Of a stretch of 64,000 bases of DNA, positions 1 to 9,300 are shown one piece after another. Numbering within the stretch: the stretch's first letter is position 1; every line of letters begins with the position of its first letter. A program made the translations under genes and the position numbers. Where the stretch lies: positions 60,226 through 124,225 of the forward strand of contig NZ_JBALCN010000088.1 in NCBI RefSeq assembly GCF_036919615.1. The letters are read 5' to 3'. This DNA is from Nostoc sp. Its GTDB lineage: Bacteria; Cyanobacteriota; Cyanobacteriia; Cyanobacteriales; Nostocaceae. The notes below the pieces were generated by a model. The model did not search any database. It saw only the letters and a program-made list of their open reading frames with translations, and was not told the DNA's origin.

Positions 1-486
1 CGCTAAAGATAATACGTTACTGGTATGTCCGACAAAAGAGCGGCTAAATTTTAAATTTTTCAGGCTCCAGAGGTTAATCGTATTGTCATCACTACAGCTA
101 GCAAGGGTTTGCCCATCTGGCGAAATCACTAAAGATTCTACAGCTGTTTGGTGTGCCCTGCTAATATTCCCCAACTTTTTGCCGTTTGCTGGATTCCACA
201 AGCGAATTACACCCTCGTTTTCTCCACCTCCACTCACAAGAATTCTGCTATCTGGACTGAAAGCGAGGGATTTAACGGTTCCCTTATGTCCTCTGAGTGT
301 GTAAAGTAGTTGGGCATTAGCAAAGCTACTGGTAGCTTGGAAGTTTGGCGTTACTTCAACGGCAGCATGAGCTTGATGAATATAAAACCCTTCCCAGATA
401 GTCACTGGAAGGGCAACAGCTGTCACAAATGCCAGGATAATAGACGGATGCAGAAAATTACCCCCATCTCTTCCCTCACTACTCAC
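1..486 (-). CDS. WD40-repeat protein, 5' part (runs off the left edge; absent from the ORF track)
   Basis: Manual minus-strand translation from GTG at 486, with GAGGA upstream, gives ...TLRGHKGTVKSLAFSPDSRILVSGGGENEGVIRLWN...HQTAVESLVISPDGQTLASCSDDNTINLWS...GHTSNVLSLA, which are canonical GH...W(D/N) WD40 units. Confidence 0.9.
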   Translation of the reverse strand, partial: MSSEGRDGGNFLHPSIILAFVTAVALPVTIWEGFYIHQAHAAVEVTPNFQATSSFANAQLLYTLRGHKGTVKSLAFSPDSRILVSGGGENEGVIRLWNPANGKKLGNISRAHQTAVESLVISPDGQTLASCSDDNTINLWSLKNLKFSRSFVGHTSNVLSLA

Positions 487-561
487 ACTTTTTCCTCACT
501 TTTATAGATACGGTTACCCAAATCAATTTTGCAGAGTTATTAAGTAATAACTCTGCACTTC

Positions 562-858
562 TTAAAGAGGCGGTTTTTTCTTAGAAACACTTAACATTGG
601 CAAAGGCGGACTAGAAGAACGAGAGGGCAAATAATGTTGCACTACAGGCTCTTCTGGTAAAGAACGACGCTGCTGGAGACGCCACAACTTAAAGGCTAGC
701 GCTATCCCTGTCGTTCCCAAACCAAAAGCGAACAACGACCAGCTATCATTCAATCCGCCAATTAGGGCATCCATAACGCCCATCGTAATCAATATACTGA
801 TTAGTGGCTCTTTTCGGTAGGTTAACTTTAAAAAACGAGGTAATACAGCATTCATCAC
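562..858 (-). CDS. small conserved cyanobacterial membrane protein, function unknown
   Basis: 98-aa ORF with two hydrophobic segments and a Pro/Ser-rich tail. Confidence 0.7.
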   Translation of the reverse strand: MMNAVLPRFLKLTYRKEPLISILITMGVMDALIGGLNDSWSLFAFGLGTTGIALAFKLWRLQQRRSLPEEPVVQHYLPSRSSSPPLPMLSVSKKKPPL

Positions 859-1220
859 AGCTTGGTTGGTTCCAGTTCACCTTTCGTGTATCTTTACCAA
901 GAATACCTCACCCGTAATTTGCCTTTCTCATCTAAGGCAGAAACTAATTATGATTTTCTTTAGTAGGGGAGGAAATGTACTCATTAATCGCCTTGCATGT
1001 AGTAGTTGCAAGTCTATGATATTTCAATCACTAAATAGGTATTTTAATTCCTCTCTTACTTACATTCTAAGGCAATAATTTACGAATAAGTCTAATTAAA
1101 CTATCTAGGGCGAAGTACTTCGCTATCAATTATTAAAGTCAAAACCAACTGGTTGTTCCAGCTGGTTGAAACTCTTTTAACTACTAGCTTACAACTTCTA
1201 CCTTGTGCTTGTTGTTGGCA

Positions 1221-1391
1221 CTACTTCAGACCCAGCCATGATAGCACCCCTTGATTGGTGACATATTCAATCACCAGCATCATAGCGAAGCCAATCATTG
1301 CAGCTCGACCATTTAAGCGTTCAGCATATTCATTAAAGCCAAACTTAGGCTCCTCTAGTCTAGGTGTAATTGTTGGTTGTGTTTGTGTCAT
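1221..1391 (-). CDS. hli: high-light-inducible protein (HLIP/SCP, CAB/ELIP/HLIP family), 56 aa
   Basis: Manual translation MTQTQPTITPRLEEPKFGFNEYAERLNGRAAMIGFAMMLVIEYVTNQGVLSWLGLK contains the AERLNGRAAMIGF chlorophyll-binding motif. Confidence 0.95.
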   Translation of the reverse strand: MTQTQPTITPRLEEPKFGFNEYAERLNGRAAMIGFAMMLVIEYVTNQGVLSWLGLK

Positions 1392-1618
1392 TTTTCAGAA
1401 ACCTTTTTTTCAGCAAACGGGAATTGATATAAGACTTCCAGCAGAAGTTGCGGATCAGGGGTAAAGGTTAAAGGCATTGACTAGTTATTTTACCCTTAAC
1501 CTTTACCCTACATTTGGCAACTCATGAACTGATTGCAGTGCTTGAATGTCAAGATGACTTGAGAAATTCGGCAAAAGCCTCCTAGTAAGGAGCTATACAA
1601 TCGCTCTTTTAATAAATT

Positions 1619-1636
1619 GTTACTATTCTTTATATA
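1619..1636. promoter_or_regulatory. possible HLR1 (RpaB-binding) direct repeat between the divergent hli and ald genes
   Basis: GTTACTAT-TC-TTTATATA versus consensus (G/T)TTACA(T/A)(T/A)-N2-(G/T)TTACA(T/A)(T/A), one mismatch per half-site; hli genes are known RpaB targets. Confidence 0.35.
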
Positions 1637-1808
1637 TTGTATAAATACTGGGGTAATAGTCAAGGGTAAGAGTTTGGGGCCACTCAGATTAAATTGAGAA
1701 ACTTAGGACAAAGATTAGCTATCTCTAATACAGCTATCTCCTAGATGAAAATAGCAAGCTTGAGATTAGCAGGCTACAGTTAAACAAAAAAATTATCAGA
1801 GGCGGTAT

Positions 1809-2900
1809 ATGGAAATCGGCGTTCCCAAGGAAAATAAGGATCAAGAGTTTCGGGTAGGGTTAAGTCCTTCTAGTGTGCGGGTGCTGCGAGAAAATGGTCA
1901 TAGCATCTTCGTCGAGACACAAGCAGGTACTGGTGCTGGATTCTCAGATGACGACTACAGAAGTGCTGGAGCCGAGATTGTCCCCACATCAGAAACGGCT
2001 TGGAATCGAGAATTGGTTGTTAAAGTCAAAGAGCCGCTGACTTCTGAGTATAAATTTTTGCAGAAAGGGCAGATATTATTTACTTATTTACATTTAGCAG
2101 CCGATCGCAAATTGACAGAGCATTTAATTGATTGTGGCACAAGTGCTATCGCCTACGAAACTGTAGAACAACCTGGTGCTAACAGACTTCCTTTGCTTAC
2201 CCCCATGAGCATTATTGCCGGTCGGCTAGCAGTACAATTTGGGGCGAGATTCCTAGAACGTCAGCAAGGTGGCAGAGGAGTGCTTTTGGGGGGTGTACCT
2301 GGAGTTAAACCAGGCAAAGTAGTAATTTTAGGTGGCGGCGTTGTCGGCACAGAAGCAGCTAAAATCGCTGTAGGCGTGGGTGCTAGCGTACAGATTTTAG
2401 ATGTGAGTGTCGAGCGCTTGTCTTACCTAGAAACCCTATTTGGCTCTAGAGTCGAATTGCTTTATAGCAACTCAGCCCATATTGAAGCCGCAGTCAAAGA
2501 AGCGGATTTGCTTATCGGTGCAGTTTTAGTACTGGGACGTAGGGCACCAATACTAGTATCCCGCGAATTGGTCAAACAAATGCATCCTGGTTCTGTAATA
2601 GTTGATGTAGCCGTTGACCAAGGCGGTTGCATAGAAACATTACATCCTACATCCCACACAAATCCGGTATATCTTGAAGAAGGTGTGGTGCATTATGGCG
2701 TTCCCAATATGCCAGGAGCAGTACCTTGGACAGCAACTCAGGCATTAAACAACAGTACATTGCCTTATGTTGTCCAGTTGGCGAATTTGGGAATTTTGGC
2801 ACTGGAAGTTAACCTAGCATTAGCTAAGGGTGTGAATGTGCAGAATCATCGCTTAGTGCATCCTGCTGTGCAACTGGTATTCCCTGATTTGGTAAATTAA
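1809..2900 (+). CDS. ald: alanine dehydrogenase
   Basis: MEIGVPKE..E.RVGL start, GGGVVG NAD-binding motif, VDVAVDQGGC and YGVPNMPGAVP motifs. Confidence 0.97.
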   Translation: MEIGVPKENKDQEFRVGLSPSSVRVLRENGHSIFVETQAGTGAGFSDDDYRSAGAEIVPTSETAWNRELVVKVKEPLTSEYKFLQKGQILFTYLHLAADRKLTEHLIDCGTSAIAYETVEQPGANRLPLLTPMSIIAGRLAVQFGARFLERQQGGRGVLLGGVPGVKPGKVVILGGGVVGTEAAKIAVGVGASVQILDVSVERLSYLETLFGSRVELLYSNSAHIEAAVKEADLLIGAVLVLGRRAPILVSRELVKQMHPGSVIVDVAVDQGGCIETLHPTSHTNPVYLEEGVVHYGVPNMPGAVPWTATQALNNSTLPYVVQLANLGILALEVNLALAKGVNVQNHRLVHPAVQLVFPDLVN

Positions 2901-2964
2901 GGTATGCAAGTGCCAGGCGATCGCTTTTTTTGATAGAGATAGCGATCGGCAATTAGACTAATTT

Positions 2965-3201
2965 TCTTGCCAAATGCGCGGATGGGTAGGTGTACAAAAT
3001 CAGAATGGGCAAAAAATGGTTGCATCTCCATCTATATAAGATTTTAGAGGCTATGGTACTTTTAAACCATCCGCGCACCTTATGGGGACTGGTTTTCAGT
3101 GATTTGTATTTTGCGCTATGACTATTCCCTATGTTATGATTCACTCATTCGCGCAACTCAACCTTGAAAACCAAATACAACACGGCTTTCAGACGCCAGC
3201 G
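2965..3201 (+). promoter_or_regulatory. CRISPR leader of Nostoc/Anabaena type
   Basis: Lies directly before repeat 1 and carries blocks (TGCGCGGATGGGTAGG, CATCCGCGCACCTTAT, TTCGCGCAACTCAACCTTGAAAACC) that I recognise from Nostocales leaders of this repeat family. Confidence 0.65.
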
Positions 3202-3358
3202 ATTGCAATTAACTAAAATCCCTATTAGGGATTAAAACTGAAAAACACATAAGACTGTCATACTATTATCATTAGATTATTACAATTAACCAAAATCCCT
3301 ATTAAGGATTAAAAGGGGAAAAAGGTAAGGCAGGTAAAGATGGCGATAAATTGCAATT
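3202..3358 (+). CRISPR. orphan degenerate CRISPR mini-array: 2 full 37-nt repeats plus a truncated third, 2 spacers
   Basis: R1 3202-3238 ATTGCAATTAACTAAAATCCCTATTAGGGATTAAAAC; spacer 40 nt; R2 3279-3315 ATTACAATTAACCAAAATCCCTATTAAGGATTAAAAG; spacer 34 nt; ATTGCAATT at 3350-3358. Internal ATCCCTATTAGGGAT palindrome; resembles Nostocales type I-D-associated repeats; no cas genes in the window. Confidence 0.85.
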
Positions 3359-3517
3359 CTTCGCTTACCTTCAGAATCTAGGTTTAATAATTAATGAGGT
3401 GGGATTCCGCCTACAATATGAACAACATCAAAAGCGATCGCTCGTCCAGCCTGGAAAACTAACAGAGCGATCGCTAACTTCAGTTCTAAAGTCAAGCATG
3501 GAAGGTGACTCTCATGC

Positions 3518-4315
3518 TTAGGTTAAAGGTTTATCGCCCTCTCCCTGTCGTTTTGTACCCTCCTCCCCTTGTGGTGCAGACATAATTTGGTTTTGCTGTT
3601 CTCGTAGCCAAGCTTCAAAGAGTTCATTCAGCAGGCGCACTTTCATAAACTCATCCAGTTGTGCTGAAATAAATTTTTCCAGCCGCAAAATCACGAACCA
3701 GTCAGCGATGCGGGTAGGGGGTAATATTTGACCTGGTTGACTGCTAGAGAGCATTTGCACCATTACCGGATGTAGTGCATTCAGTTCAATTGGACCTACT
3801 AAACCGCCAGTTTGGGCTTCTGGTCCAAGTGAATATTCCCGTGCCAAGTCAGCAAAAGAGTTTTCTTTTGCCTGAATCCGGAAGTAAAGTTCTTGGGCAA
3901 TTCCCACATCTTGGGTTCGCAGCAGGGAATAAATTGCTTTATCTAGTTTTGCCTTAGACTGAAAAAAGTAAGATTCCAGTTTATTACCCCAAGTGGCTTG
4001 CTTGAATTTTTCAATTTTCAGCTTCCGAGTGGTAATAACTTCTAATTGTTCTGGAGTCAGCCCTTGATGTGCCATCCAAGCCTGGATGTCTTGTTCATTT
4101 TTTAACTGTTTTTCAGCATAAAACTGCTGTTTAGCTTGGGCTACTTCCTCAGGTGTAGACTCTATTGCTACCTTTGCGGAGCGTGAGTTTTGCTCTATTG
4201 CTTCATCAATGAGCAATTCGCGCTGCAACTGTGGCAGCATTTGATAACTTGCCAGTAAAGAAATCAGTTCACTAGCTGTGATTGTACGATTACCGATTTG
4301 GATCGCTTCAGTCAT
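3518..4315 (-). CDS. parvulin/PpiC-type peptidylprolyl isomerase (class usually linked to type I secretion)
   Basis: SFADLAREYSLGPEAQTGGLVGP rotamase motif. Confidence 0.85.
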   Translation of the reverse strand: MTEAIQIGNRTITASELISLLASYQMLPQLQRELLIDEAIEQNSRSAKVAIESTPEEVAQAKQQFYAEKQLKNEQDIQAWMAHQGLTPEQLEVITTRKLKIEKFKQATWGNKLESYFFQSKAKLDKAIYSLLRTQDVGIAQELYFRIQAKENSFADLAREYSLGPEAQTGGLVGPIELNALHPVMVQMLSSSQPGQILPPTRIADWFVILRLEKFISAQLDEFMKVRLLNELFEAWLREQQNQIMSAPQGEEGTKRQGEGDKPLT

Positions 4316-4669
4316 TAGCTTTCGGCCATCTCAAGAATATCTAGTTTGTAAAAGAAACTAAACCGTAACCGATTCACTGGGAGCTTTTGTCTTAATTTTA
4401 CTGAGTTAGGTACGCTAACTTCACTTTTGCAATAATTAAATAGTGACTTGCTAGCATACTTTAAAATATACAGTTTATATGAGTTTTTATCAAAGATTCT
4501 ACGTAAATACGACCAGATGTGAATGAAGATAAGGACAAATGACTAATGACAGTTCTCGCCACTGCAACTTAGAAAACGAAGTTATCAGACTGAGCTAGGG
4601 TAGGGTGTTTTGAGATAACCATCTCCTAACAAAGGTGTTTTTAGTTAAGCAAAAATACTCATTTGAAGC

Positions 4670-4772
4670 CAATACGCTTGGGTTAAGGGTTATTGGTCTA
4701 AATAATCGGTCTCTTGAAGACGCGATAATCGTGTCTCTAAATCAGGGTTTTGGGCTTATCTGAACTGTATTG
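4670..4772. mobile_element. Nezha-type MITE, 103 bp, aged copy
   Basis: 18-bp TIRs CAATACGCTTGGGTTAAG / CTTATCTGAACTGTATTG; flanking 10-mers CATTTGAAGC / CACTTCAAGC (8 of 10 identical, a degenerate TSD). Confidence 0.7.
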
Positions 4773-4819
4773 CACTTCAAGCATAACTACTCATGCAGAA
4801 TCTGGGTTAATTATCAGAG

Positions 4820-4858
4820 ATAGAAAAAGGCAGCATTGGATGTGCTGTCTTTTTCTAT
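4820..4858 (-). terminator. intrinsic terminator downstream of cytM
   Basis: ATAGAAAAAGGCAGCA...TGCTGTCTTTTTCTAT stem with A/T tracts. Confidence 0.6.
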
Positions 4859-4896
4859 GAGGTATCTATGTATCCCGCAACCAAAAACTCTAACGT

Positions 4897-5271
4897 CTAC
4901 AACGACTCTAAATAGTTCAAAAGATCCGCCATTTCTTTGGCACTAGGTTGGAATTTTGGCATTGGCGGTGTTTTGCCACTGATTACTTGGTGAATCAGCC
5001 CATACCGAGACTTATGCTTTGAAACAGCTTGCAAACTTGGTCCCACTCGCCCGTCTGCTTCCAAGCCATGACAACCAGCACAGTTAATTTGAAAAATCGC
5101 GTGTCCTTGAACTGGATCTCCTGTTAGGGATAAAACACTCTTGACGTATGGATCGGAGGCTTGAACCAACTGAACACCCAAAAAGCCCAAAGGGACTGCT
5201 AGCAGTATAGCCAGCGTCAATAAAACGATTCGCTGAATCAAAATTTCAGGTTTGCTAATCTGGTTATCCAA
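4897..5271 (-). CDS. cytM: cytochrome cM
   Basis: N-terminal TM helix, CAGCH heme-binding motif, GKTPPMPKF. Confidence 0.9.
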   Translation of the reverse strand: MDNQISKPEILIQRIVLLTLAILLAVPLGFLGVQLVQASDPYVKSVLSLTGDPVQGHAIFQINCAGCHGLEADGRVGPSLQAVSKHKSRYGLIHQVISGKTPPMPKFQPSAKEMADLLNYLESL

Positions 5272-5481
5272 AAGGTTTGTTGTGAAAGTCTAGGTGTGCT
5301 AAAAAGTTTTCATTTCCTACACATAGCTTAAAAGTTCTTGATTGTGTCTGCAAGCACAGAAGACTATTTTCTTGTGGGCAGTTGCTCTCTAAAAAGGCTG
5401 TAGGGCGCAGGATTCATACTAAATTTGGTAAAATCAAAAATAGGCAACGAATATTTAATAATTACAAAGAGGAGATTTACA

Positions 5482-5595
5482 GTGGTTGAACCCCTGCTAT
5501 CAGGTATTGTCCTTGGTCTAGTTTTCGTCACCCTCGCCGGACTGTTTTACGCTGCCTATAAGCAATATAAGCGCTTCAATGAGTTAGGGGGATGA
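5482..5595 (+). CDS. petG: cytochrome b6f subunit V, 37 aa (absent from the ORF track)
   Basis: GTG start after GAGGAG; [37 protein letters not shown]. Confidence 0.95.
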   Translation: MVEPLLSGIVLGLVFVTLAGLFYAAYKQYKRFNELGG

Positions 5596-5679
5596 GGAAT
5601 TTTGAGTGCTGAGTGCTGAGGCAGGAGGCAGGAGTCAGAGTTATTTCTCTCCCTGCTTCCCCTGATCCAAAAGCTACTC

Positions 5680-6225
5680 TCATTCCAAAATTGTGTAAAA
5701 AGTAAGTGATGTGTTGCCGTAAACTTTCTCGCGGCAAATTTCCCAAGCGGGAATCTCTAGCGGTGTCCAACCTTGTGAGGCGTGTTCAACTGCGATTTCG
5801 CCGCTAGGATCTAAAAGTTGATAGTGAGCGATCGCTTTTAATACTGGCTCATATAATCCACTTGCATAAGGTGGATCAAAGTAAATTCTATCAAATTGCT
5901 TACCTGATAAAATCTTTAACTGCTGGGTAATATCTCCCCGCAATATCTGAAGTTCTTGCTCGGCATTAGCTACCTGCTGCCAATTTTGTTGGATGGTGGC
6001 ACAGGCTTGGCTCGATTGTTCAATTCCCACTACTAGGCTGGCTCCTCTACACAAAGCCTCTGCGCCCATTGAACCAGTACCGGCGCACAAATCTAGCCAG
6101 CGACAACCTGTAATTTCTCCCTGCCAAATATTAAAGACTGCCTCCCTTACCCGCGCACTGGTGGGTCTAGTTGCTTTTCCTGGTAAAGTTTTTAGCTGGC
6201 GATTACCGTAAATTCTCAGGCTCAT
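5680..6225 (-). CDS. rsmD: 16S rRNA m2G966 methyltransferase
   Basis: TRPTSARVREAVFNI, LDLCAGTGSMG and YFDPPY motifs. Confidence 0.92.
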   Translation of the reverse strand: MSLRIYGNRQLKTLPGKATRPTSARVREAVFNIWQGEITGCRWLDLCAGTGSMGAEALCRGASLVVGIEQSSQACATIQQNWQQVANAEQELQILRGDITQQLKILSGKQFDRIYFDPPYASGLYEPVLKAIAHYQLLDPSGEIAVEHASQGWTPLEIPAWEICREKVYGNTSLTFYTILE

Positions 6226-6318
6226 GATCGATTAGTCGTTAGTCATTAGTGATTAGCCATTTTCATTTATTAACAAATCAAAAGGACAAACAACGAAGGA
6301 CAAATCACAAAAATAGTA

Positions 6319-6954
6319 TTAGGCAGGAATTTTTTCGCGGACTTGAGCAACAAAATTAGACAGGATTTGCAATCCGATATTAGAAGATTTTTCGGGGTGA
6401 AATTGAACTGCCATCAGGTTTTCATAGGCGATCGCAGCTGTTACGGTTTGAGTACAGTGGGTGACAGTTGCTGCACGGATTAGCGGGTCTATTGGGTCAA
6501 CATAGTAGGAATGGACAAAATATACCCAAGGAGCGGCTGGTAAATGCTCCCATAAAATGCTTTTTGGCTGAGTCATTTCCAGCTGATTCCAACCCATGTG
6601 AGGAATAGTGATGTCAGGTTCAGGACGAAACCGCCGCACTTTTCCTTTGATAATTCCCAGTCCTGGTTGGATACCTTCTGCACTTGATTCAAAGAGAATT
6701 TGCAATCCTAAACAAATTCCTAAAAAAGGTTTACCAGATGCGATCGCTTCTTTTATAGGTTGTTCCAAACCACGCGCTCGCAGGTGTTGCACTGCTGGAT
6801 CAAATGCTCCCACTCCTGGTAGGACTATTGCATCTGCCTGCTCTAATTCCTTTGGAGAATAAGTAACATTAGGAGTTGCCCCAGCTTTTTCCAAGCCTTT
6901 ACAGACTGAGTGCAAATTTCCCATCTCATAGTCTACGACCGCAATAACTGGCAT
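6319..6954 (-). CDS. hisH: imidazole glycerol phosphate synthase glutaminase subunit
   Basis: LPGVGAF, LGICLGLQ, YFVHSY and QFHPEKS motifs. Confidence 0.97.
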   Translation of the reverse strand: MPVIAVVDYEMGNLHSVCKGLEKAGATPNVTYSPKELEQADAIVLPGVGAFDPAVQHLRARGLEQPIKEAIASGKPFLGICLGLQILFESSAEGIQPGLGIIKGKVRRFRPEPDITIPHMGWNQLEMTQPKSILWEHLPAAPWVYFVHSYYVDPIDPLIRAATVTHCTQTVTAAIAYENLMAVQFHPEKSSNIGLQILSNFVAQVREKIPA

Positions 6955-7012
6955 TTACCTGCTCCTTGTAAATTTATTATGGAGGGTTTTTCTATTCTAA
7001 ATAATATTTGTT

Positions 7013-7692
7013 ACGAAGAAAAGAATTCTATTAATTTATTTTGATATTTGTCTAAAGGATCAACAGTCAAATTTTTCTGATGATTTATTATTAGAAGTTA
7101 CCAAACTTGAGTTGCTCCCCCATGACTTAACTTTTTTGCACCAGTTACCCGTAGATGTGCAACTTGCCAGTGATCAGGTAATTGCAAAAATCAATGCAAT
7201 CCAACCTGATTAGATCATCTGTTGTGGCATGGCTGCAAGCCGTACACAATTAAGTGTGGAAGCAGGTGCTAGCTAGAAAGAAATTGTTTTGCAGACAAAA
7301 GTTGATTTAGAGGAATTAGTGGTATAAGCAGCAGCAATTGAGATTAGCCAGACTGCTGTAAATTTGTCTGCGAACGCGAGTGCGTCCGCACCAGAGGGTC
7401 TTTACTACTCAGTGTTGGACTACTTAAGCGACAACCAACTCACAGCACGTTGGATCTTTGTCCCAATACGGTTCGGTTAAGCTGCACAGTTTTTAAAGAT
7501 CCCCCTTAGTCCCCCTTAAAAAGGGGGAAATAGAGCCATTTTGAGTAAGCCAATTTATCGGGGGGTTGGGGGGGATCGAGTCTTATCCGAACTGTATTGA
7601 TCTTTGTCCACGTTCCGATTCTCAATCAAAAAAATTTGATGAGGATTCTTGGAGATTTCGTATTAATTATTAACAAACTGGCACTTTCGTAA
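7013..7692 (+). pseudogene. pyroglutamyl-peptidase I (C15 family) pseudogene
   Basis: ACG in place of ATG at 7013, then KKRILL...IICCGMA...LSVE with in-frame TAG/TAG/TAA. A frameshift precedes FVC, a ~22-nt insert lies between FVC and EGLYYSVL, and a MITE interrupts IFVHVP; ends LIINKLALS*. Confidence 0.85.
7464..7599. mobile_element. Nezha-type MITE, 136 bp
   Basis: TIRs CAATACGGTTCGGTTAAG / CTTATCCGAACTGTATTG; perfect 10-bp TSD ATCTTTGTCC at 7454-7463 and 7600-7609. Confidence 0.92.
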
Positions 7693-7708
7693 AGTTGTTA
7701 GTGTCTGT

Positions 7709-9100
7709 ATGGTGGAAGAAATATCTAAGTATATGTTGCCATTGTTACTAATTTTTCCAATTGCCCAATTAACTCCTGCCATACCACCACCTGAAGAAGT
7801 GGTACAACCGCAAGAAGTGCGACCCTTACCAGGTAAGTTGGATACAGTCCCAACGTTTAATAGCAATAGTCCAGAATTGGTTTTGAAAGAAGGAATTTTA
7901 CTTTCGACTTTTCCACCAGATGGTAAAAAAGTGCCAACGGCGCATTTGAATTTTCCCTTTCGGGGGCGATTTGATATTTTTGCCCACCATATTACTAAGG
8001 CAGAACCACCAGAAAATTTACGTTCTCTTTATTTGGGAATAATTCTGCATAATCCTGGTTCTCAAACAGTGAAGGTAAATATTTGGCAGGCGGCGAGTTA
8101 TTTAAGTCAACCGGATGCACCATTTATTCAGTTACCATCTTTTAGTCAAAATCTTTTAGGTATAGTTTTTGCTGGGCCAGGCGATCGCGTCATGTCTGAT
8201 GTGCTTAGAGGAAAACGACAAGAGATTTTCCCTGCCCAAATTGAAATTCCACCAGCGCAAAGTCGAATGTTACTAAATTTACCAATTCCTGTGCAAGGAT
8301 TGACACCTCCCCTAAATGGTCGATCTACATTGATCCGACTGTGGAGTAATGGGACTGTTTATGCAGCTAGCCTGGCGATGTTTGCGCGGGTAAATCCCGA
8401 TGGCAGTGAGCGATCGCCTACCTTAGAAGAGTGGCAAAATTTATTAGATAATGGTGATTTGGCGGGCCCACGGGATAAACCCCCCACTCCCCTTGAGGAA
8501 ACTGGTAAGCCTATAGTTTATGGGCGTGTAGCCGGAGTCGCTGGTGGTTCTCAATGGAGAGCCTTATTAGTAGATAATCCTAAAAAAAGCTATCTAACTA
8601 TTCCCCAGCCTGGTCAAGTGTTTTCCTACGCTCTAAGTACCCTGCATGGTGGTACGTTAGGAACTGGTCAAATTCAAAGTGCTACTATGCTGGTGCGTTA
8701 TCCTGACACCGCGTATCGCGCTCATGGCAACTACGGAGTTCAATATAGTCTCAAGTTGCCGCTATACAATAATACTCAGAGTCCTCAAACTGTTATTGTA
8801 TCCATGCAAACGCCACTCAAAGAGGATCAGTTAGGAAAACCGGGGTTGCGCTTTTTGAGTACACCAGCGCGTCAAGTATTCTTTAGAGGAACGGTGCGGG
8901 TACATTACAAAGATGACCAAGGTCAGCCGCAAACTCAGTTTGTGCATTTAGTGCAAAAAAGAGGTCAACCAGGGGAGGCGTTAGTTTTATTAAATATGAA
9001 GGCAGGCGATCGCTCTTTAGTAGAAGTAGACTTTCTCTATCCCCCAGATGCTACACCACCGCAAGTATTAACAGTCTCAACCCAAGCTGAACCTCGGTAA
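7709..9100 (+). CDS. DUF3370-like cyanobacterial exported protein (likely start ATG 7733)
   Basis: Long ORF with signal-like N-terminus; FNSNSPELV and AHGNYGVQY segments recalled from DUF3370. Confidence 0.8.
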   Translation: MVEEISKYMLPLLLIFPIAQLTPAIPPPEEVVQPQEVRPLPGKLDTVPTFNSNSPELVLKEGILLSTFPPDGKKVPTAHLNFPFRGRFDIFAHHITKAEPPENLRSLYLGIILHNPGSQTVKVNIWQAASYLSQPDAPFIQLPSFSQNLLGIVFAGPGDRVMSDVLRGKRQEIFPAQIEIPPAQSRMLLNLPIPVQGLTPPLNGRSTLIRLWSNGTVYAASLAMFARVNPDGSERSPTLEEWQNLLDNGDLAGPRDKPPTPLEETGKPIVYGRVAGVAGGSQWRALLVDNPKKSYLTIPQPGQVFSYALSTLHGGTLGTGQIQSATMLVRYPDTAYRAHGNYGVQYSLKLPLYNNTQSPQTVIVSMQTPLKEDQLGKPGLRFLSTPARQVFFRGTVRVHYKDDQGQPQTQFVHLVQKRGQPGEALVLLNMKAGDRSLVEVDFLYPPDATPPQVLTVSTQAEPR

Positions 9101-9120
9101 TGAGTCAGCCCCTTTGGAGA

Positions 9121-9155
9121 AGTCAAAAGTCAAAAGTCAAAAGTCAAAAGTCAAA
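9121..9155. repeat. STRR heptamer (AGTCAAA)x5
   Basis: Five perfect tandem copies. Confidence 0.9.
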
Positions 9156-9300
9156 ATTAATAATCCCCATAAATAAATTTAGGGGCTTGTATCATGAGTC
9201 TTTTTCGGTAATATCAAGTTCCGATAATTAGTTATGATTCCTATAGTCATTCCACCCCACCCCGCCAAAGCTACGCTTTGTCTTTTCTCCCCTTGTTAAG

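Noticed and set aside
5573-5575. PetG tail reads KRFNELGG where I recall KRPNELGG
   Set aside because: A single-residue difference based on recall, outside the TM helix; not enough to flag.
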